A stretch of DNA of 64,000 nt, from assembly GCA_016204045.1 (NCBI GenBank), contig JACQLQ010000004.1:24981-88980 (forward strand). The letters run 5' to 3'. Below are positions 59,894-64,000 of this stretch, piece after piece. Positions within the stretch are counted from its first letter, which is position 1; every line of letters starts with the position of its first letter. The notes beneath the pieces are model-generated. The model searched no databases. It was not told the origin of the DNA and was given only the letters and a program-made list of their open reading frames with translations. Origin of the DNA: Parcubacteria group bacterium. Lineage in GTDB: Bacteria; Patescibacteriota; Minisyncoccia; Phycocordibacterales; UBA2135. Made by a program: the position numbers and the translations under genes.

Positions 59894-60782
59894 TGATCTT
59901 TTGTATAATCCGCAACTTTGCGCTTCGCGCACGCGGGTTCTTTCGCACCTCCTCAGGGGTCCCCTCAATCGGTTTTTTGGTTATGATTTGAAACTCTGAT
60001 GTCGGTAAATCACGGAAAATGTGTTTAACGATTCGGTCTTCACCGCTGTGGAAACTGATAACGGCAATGCGTCCTCCGGGGGTGAGCATGCGAAGAGCCT
60101 TTTGAAGCCCCTCCTCAATCGCTCCAAACTCGTCGTTAACCGCAATGCGGAGCGCCTGGAAGGTCTTGGTCGCCGGGTGTATCTTCCCCTTCCGAAAGTG
60201 CGCGGGGATGCTGTCTTCGATGATCGAGACGAGCTCGTATGTGCCGAGGATATGCTTTTCTCTTCGACGCTCGACGATTCGACGTGCGATTCTCTTAGCA
60301 AATTTTTCGTCACCATATTCGGCAAGGATGTACGCAATCTCTTCTTCTGCCCATGTATTCACTATCGCGGCGGCTGTTTCCGCCTCTCTCGGCGGGTCTG
60401 CGTCATAGGTCATGAGGAGCGGCTCATCTTTCATGAAGGAAAATCCTCTGCCTGATTCTGTGAACTCTTCGAGGCGTATCCCGAGGTCGAAGAGAACCTT
60501 GTCGATTGCGCTCAAGCCAAGTTCACGGAGCACGGAGTCGAGATTTCTGTAGTTTGATTTCCTTAAGATGACCTTCGTCTTGGTGCGAGCAAGATGCTTC
60601 TCCGCTTCTCGGAGTGCCGCCTCATCAAGATCAAGTCCGACGAGTGTCCCTTCGCTTCCGATCCGCGCACATATCTCTCGAGCGTGGCCACCATTGCCGA
60701 CAGTCGCGTCTAGGACAACGTCGCCAACCTTGAGGGCAAGACCTTCTAAACTTTCTTGTAAAAGAACAGGAACGTGTGCCAT
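59886..60782 (-). CDS. rsmH: 16S rRNA m4C1402 methyltransferase
   Basis: HVPVLL, DATVGNGGH, FQALRIAVNDE, SFHSGEDR, NPRARSAKLR. Confidence 0.97.
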   Translation of the reverse strand: MAHVPVLLQESLEGLALKVGDVVLDATVGNGGHAREICARIGSEGTLVGLDLDEAALREAEKHLARTKTKVILRKSNYRNLDSVLRELGLSAIDKVLFDLGIRLEEFTESGRGFSFMKDEPLLMTYDADPPREAETAAAIVNTWAEEEIAYILAEYGDEKFAKRIARRIVERRREKHILGTYELVSIIEDSIPAHFRKGKIHPATKTFQALRIAVNDEFGAIEEGLQKALRMLTPGGRIAVISFHSGEDRIVKHIFRDLPTSEFQIITKKPIEGTPEEVRKNPRARSAKLRIIQKINA

Positions 60783-60786
60783 AGGT

Positions 60787-61221
60787 CTAAATGGCCCCTA
60801 TCTCACCCAACTTCTCTGCCAATTCGTCGGCTTTCTTCTCAATGCCCTTGCGGTAGGTATCCCACGTCTTTTCGTCCCAGATTTCAACGTGGTCGTTCAC
60901 GCCCACCAAAACAACCTTACTCTGAAGCCGCGCAAATTCTTTCAGGAAATCGGGAACCAGAACGCGTCCAAGTGTATCCACTTCAACATCTACCGCGCCA
61001 CCTAACATAAATCGGTTCACTCCCCGTTGATCCCTCTGCCCCATCGAAAGTGTGCGAAGCTTGTTGAGCACTCCCTGCCATTCTTTTTCCGGATATACAT
61101 AGAGGCATGCGTCAAAGCCGCGAGTGACGATGATTTTTTTTCCCAGTTCCTTGCGAAACTTTACCGGCACGGATAACCGTTTTTTTGCGTCTATTGAGTG
61201 TCGGTATTCGCCAATAAGCAT
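60787..61221 (-). CDS. mraZ: Transcriptional regulator MraZ
   Basis: GEYRHSIDAKKR..P..FR, D.LGRVLVP, VEIWD. Confidence 0.96.
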   Translation of the reverse strand: MLIGEYRHSIDAKKRLSVPVKFRKELGKKIIVTRGFDACLYVYPEKEWQGVLNKLRTLSMGQRDQRGVNRFMLGGAVDVEVDTLGRVLVPDFLKEFARLQSKVVLVGVNDHVEIWDEKTWDTYRKGIEKKADELAEKLGEIGAI

Positions 61222-61226
61222 ATTTT

Positions 61227-61271
61227 CCACTTCATACCACTTATCTCACATTTTATACCATTTCATCCCAC
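61227..61271 (-). promoter_or_regulatory. MraZ operator-like GTGG repeats at about 10-bp spacing
   Basis: Plus-strand ccac at 61227, 61237 and 61268, with degenerate tcac/ccat between; matches the known GTGG-N6 MraZ binding repeats. Confidence 0.7.
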
Positions 61272-61284
61272 TCTCCAAAACCCG

Positions 61285-61293
61285 TTATCCACA
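61285..61293 (+). promoter_or_regulatory. DnaA box upstream of the dcw cluster
   Basis: Perfect TTATCCACA. Confidence 0.5.
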
Positions 61294-61368
61294 CCCTTCG
61301 TACTCAAGACTAAAAACCCAAGGGATACAGCCCCTAAGCATCCTTACAGAGCTAACAAAAACGACCGA

Positions 61369-62079
61369 TTATTTCGGTCGTTCTGCGGTTGCAATAAAGG
61401 GTTTTCTCCTTCCGCTCACCTCCGGGAGAACAAAGCGAATTCCCGAACTCCGGTCCACTAAATAGCTTGCTCTACGAAGGTTATTATTGATGATTCGAGC
61501 CGTATTCCAGCGAGAATCGAGGGTAACAGGGACTGCTCTTTCAAATGCCCTCTTGAATGAGCGGAGAAGCCGATCCGGAATCGGATTAGAAAGGGGTTCG
61601 GACTTCCCGCACACTCGCTCATTAAATCGCTCGAGGGCGTGCTTGCTAATAAAAACAACACCGCACGTTACATTCCACGCACTTAGTGCGGGTAAATCCG
61701 AAGGAGCTTCAGACGCCCTGGCTACGGGCTCACTTGTGTCTTCTATTGCTGTGTCCGTCTCAATTTCTTTGAAATGGGAACTTGAGCGGAGTGCTTCTTT
61801 AAACCGCGGCAGGAAGACGAGAATTTTTTCATAAACCTCTGTCCACTCGTGGTCCCCAAATATTCTAAAAAAGAGAAAGGACAGGACGCCAGTGAGAGTC
61901 TTTTCTCCCACGCGATTCTCAAAATACGCTCTTACTTGTTTCTTGTGCAGGGTGCGACGAATGGGAAAGAGAAAACTTTGTTCACTACACACCCAACGAT
62001 GAATTGTTAGGAGCTCAGCATCGGTCAGCGCTTCAATTAATTTCTTCCTTGCTTCTTCTGAAGCCTCGACCCGGTCCAC
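61369..62079 (-). CDS. Hypothetical protein with C-terminal SKHALERF motif
   Basis: 236-aa ORF with purine-rich SD before GTG. Confidence 0.6.
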   Translation of the reverse strand: MDRVEASEEARKKLIEALTDAELLTIHRWVCSEQSFLFPIRRTLHKKQVRAYFENRVGEKTLTGVLSFLFFRIFGDHEWTEVYEKILVFLPRFKEALRSSSHFKEIETDTAIEDTSEPVARASEAPSDLPALSAWNVTCGVVFISKHALERFNERVCGKSEPLSNPIPDRLLRSFKRAFERAVPVTLDSRWNTARIINNNLRRASYLVDRSSGIRFVLPEVSGRRKPFIATAERPK

Positions 62080-62176
62080 AGCCCTCTCCTTTCTTTTTGT
62101 CTTTAAAACCGGGACATGCCCGGTCTATGCAAAGCTAGGGTTGATTTTAAGATACAAAGAACCCTTCGTCAAGGTA

Positions 62177-63640
62177 TTATTTTTTGGGCCTCATTGTCGG
62201 GAAGAGAATCGTTTCTTTGATGTTTGTCGTATTAGTCAAAAACATAACGAGCCGATCAATGCCGATTCCCACACCACCCGCGGGCGGCATGCCGTACTCC
62301 ATCGCTTCAATAAAGTCGAGGTCGAGTGGTTGGGCCTCTTCGTCTCCCTCTTTCCTGAATTCCTCTTGCGCCCTAAGGCGCTGATCTTGATCCAAGGGAT
62401 CGTTCAGTTCAGAAAACGCCTTTACCAACTCAATACCACCTCCATACAGCTGAAATGCATCGACTTTTGTTTCGTCTTTTGGATTCCTTTTTGCAAGCGG
62501 CAAGTTCTCTGCCGGATAGTCCGTTACAAAGGTCGGCTCAATGAGTTTTGGGCGACACGAACGTTTAAAAATCTTATCGAGGATTTTCGCCTTGTTGTCG
62601 CCCTCCTCAATATTCGCCCCAAGCGCCCTACCTTTCTCTTTAAGGTCTTCGAGGGAGCGTTTGAAGACATTGGTAATGAGAGCATGGCGCGCCAACACAT
62701 CTGCGTATGTCTCGCGTTTAAACTTTTTTGAAAAGTCTATGGATGCTTCTCCGAATGGCAGTGTCGTCCCCCCGGTTACTTTCTTTACCAGCATCTTTAA
62801 AAGCTTCTCGGTAAATGCCATTTGCTTTTTTGCATCCGAGTACGCTTCATAAAACTCGAGCATGGTGAACTCGGGATAGTGCGTTACGTCAATTCCCTCG
62901 TTCCGAAAGTTCTTGCTGACTTCGTATACCTTAGGGAAGCCTCCGATGAGAAGACGCTTGAGATAGAGTTCGTCCGAGATACGGAGATACAGGTCAACAT
63001 CAAGCGCGTCGTGATGTGTTATAAACGGCTCCGCGGAAGCACCTCCGTAGAGTGTTTGCAAAATCGGCGTTTCGACTTCCAAATACCCGCTCTTGTCTAA
63101 AAATGACCGAATGGCGCTGACGACCCTTGTCCTCGCCTTGAAGCGTGCGCCGGATTCTTCGTTTGCTACGAGATCGAGATACCGCCGCCTAAAGCGCTCT
63201 TCACTGTCTTTGAGGCCGTGCCACTTCTCCGGCAAGGGGCGCAGACTTTTTGCGAGCATCTTCCACTCCCGTACAAAGAGCGTCTTCTCGCCACGCATTG
63301 TCTTCGACAGCAGGCCTCGAATTTCAATGAAGTCACCAACGTCTACGGTGTCAGTAAAAAGTGAAAAGGGCGCTTCGCCAACTTCATCTTTTTTTATTGC
63401 GCCCTGGAAGCGGCCCGTGCCGTCATCAAAATGCAAAAAGAGGAGTCCGCCTTGCCCGCGTATGGAGTAAACGCGCCCGGCCATGACGACCTCTTTTCCC
63501 CCCGTCAAACGGTCAAAATCGCTCGTCGCCTTTTCGACAGAAAGATTCCTTCGCGTAGATATCGGGTATGGATTGAACCCGCGCTCTTTGAGAAGATGCA
63601 ATTTCTTAAGACGCTCGTTTCGTATGTCGTCTAGGGGCAT
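62177..63640 (-). CDS. lysS: Lysine--tRNA ligase (class II)
   Basis: LPEKWHGL, RRYLDL, FRNEGID..H.PEFT, YGMPPAGG.GIGIDR. Confidence 0.98.
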   Translation of the reverse strand: MPLDDIRNERLKKLHLLKERGFNPYPISTRRNLSVEKATSDFDRLTGGKEVVMAGRVYSIRGQGGLLFLHFDDGTGRFQGAIKKDEVGEAPFSLFTDTVDVGDFIEIRGLLSKTMRGEKTLFVREWKMLAKSLRPLPEKWHGLKDSEERFRRRYLDLVANEESGARFKARTRVVSAIRSFLDKSGYLEVETPILQTLYGGASAEPFITHHDALDVDLYLRISDELYLKRLLIGGFPKVYEVSKNFRNEGIDVTHYPEFTMLEFYEAYSDAKKQMAFTEKLLKMLVKKVTGGTTLPFGEASIDFSKKFKRETYADVLARHALITNVFKRSLEDLKEKGRALGANIEEGDNKAKILDKIFKRSCRPKLIEPTFVTDYPAENLPLAKRNPKDETKVDAFQLYGGGIELVKAFSELNDPLDQDQRLRAQEEFRKEGDEEAQPLDLDFIEAMEYGMPPAGGVGIGIDRLVMFLTNTTNIKETILFPTMRPKK

Positions 63641-63641
63641 A

Positions 63642-64000
63642 TTACTTCACGCTCAACACCACACACTCCATTGTCCCGCTCGGCGCCTCGTACACTACAA
63701 CATCGCCCTTTTTCTTTCCTAACAATGCATCGCCCAAGGGGGAACGGTTGGAAATCTTGCCTTCTCGTATATTTGCTTCTTCTGCACCAACAAGTGTAAA
63801 GGTTTGCTCACTGCCGTTCTTTCTGATGGAAATCGTACTTCCAATGCCAATGGTGTCTCCCGCGTGGGTCGAAACAATTTCTGCGGACTTAAGGAGATTC
63901 TCAAGAACCGCGATTCGTTCTTCGGTCGCATTTTGCGATTCACGTGCTTCCTGATATTCAGAGTTCTCCGAAAGATCACCGAGTGACTTTGCGTATTCAA
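63642..64000 (-). CDS. greA: Transcription elongation factor GreA (partial, 5' end outside the window)
   Basis: Own translation: EYAKSLGDLSENSEYQEAR...ISNRSPLGDALLGKKKGD; the listed 93-aa ORF is the wrong frame. Confidence 0.95.
   Translation of the reverse strand, partial: EYAKSLGDLSENSEYQEARESQNATEERIAVLENLLKSAEIVSTHAGDTIGIGSTISIRKNGSEQTFTLVGAEEANIREGKISNRSPLGDALLGKKKGDVVVYEAPSGTMECVVLSVK

Noticed and set aside
63719-64000. 93-aa minus-strand ORF
   Set aside because: Wrong frame; the overlapping frame encodes GreA.

Overview
This window is a chromosome segment from a reduced-genome bacterium, most consistent with Patescibacteria (CPR, Parcubacteria/OD1). The evidence is a short AspRS and RF1, a trimmed dcw cluster, a giant GIGT-repeat/peptidase-S74 surface protein and an FtsA-like plus baseplate-J-like gene pair; genetic code 11 fits. 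Most of it is housekeeping: smc end, recR, dnaB, five tRNA synthetases, the alpha ribosomal operon, grpE-dnaK-dnaJ, scpAB, mraZ-rsmH-ftsL-ftsI-murF, mraY-ftsW-murG and greA. Small accessory blocks are interspersed. The main leads are: (1) an UndA-like heme-oxygenase-fold diiron enzyme directly upstream of an orphan 7TM histidine kinase, a possible lipid-derived signal synthase/receptor pair; (2) a four-gene island with beta-CASP and NYN nucleases and two GC-rich orphans; (3) at least three families of structured, covarying intergenic repeats: one inserted in-frame in pduO, one forming near-identical start-codon-sequestering leaders on rpmA and pduO, and one forming the whole predicted grpE-dnaK 5' leader; (4) a large branched structure between rpsM and rpsK; (5) leaderless initiation for many core genes versus SD-led accessory genes; (6) an APH-fold pseudokinase next to prfA. 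No rRNA, tRNA, CRISPR array, integrase or transposase was recognised. All calls come from reading motifs by eye; no searches were run.
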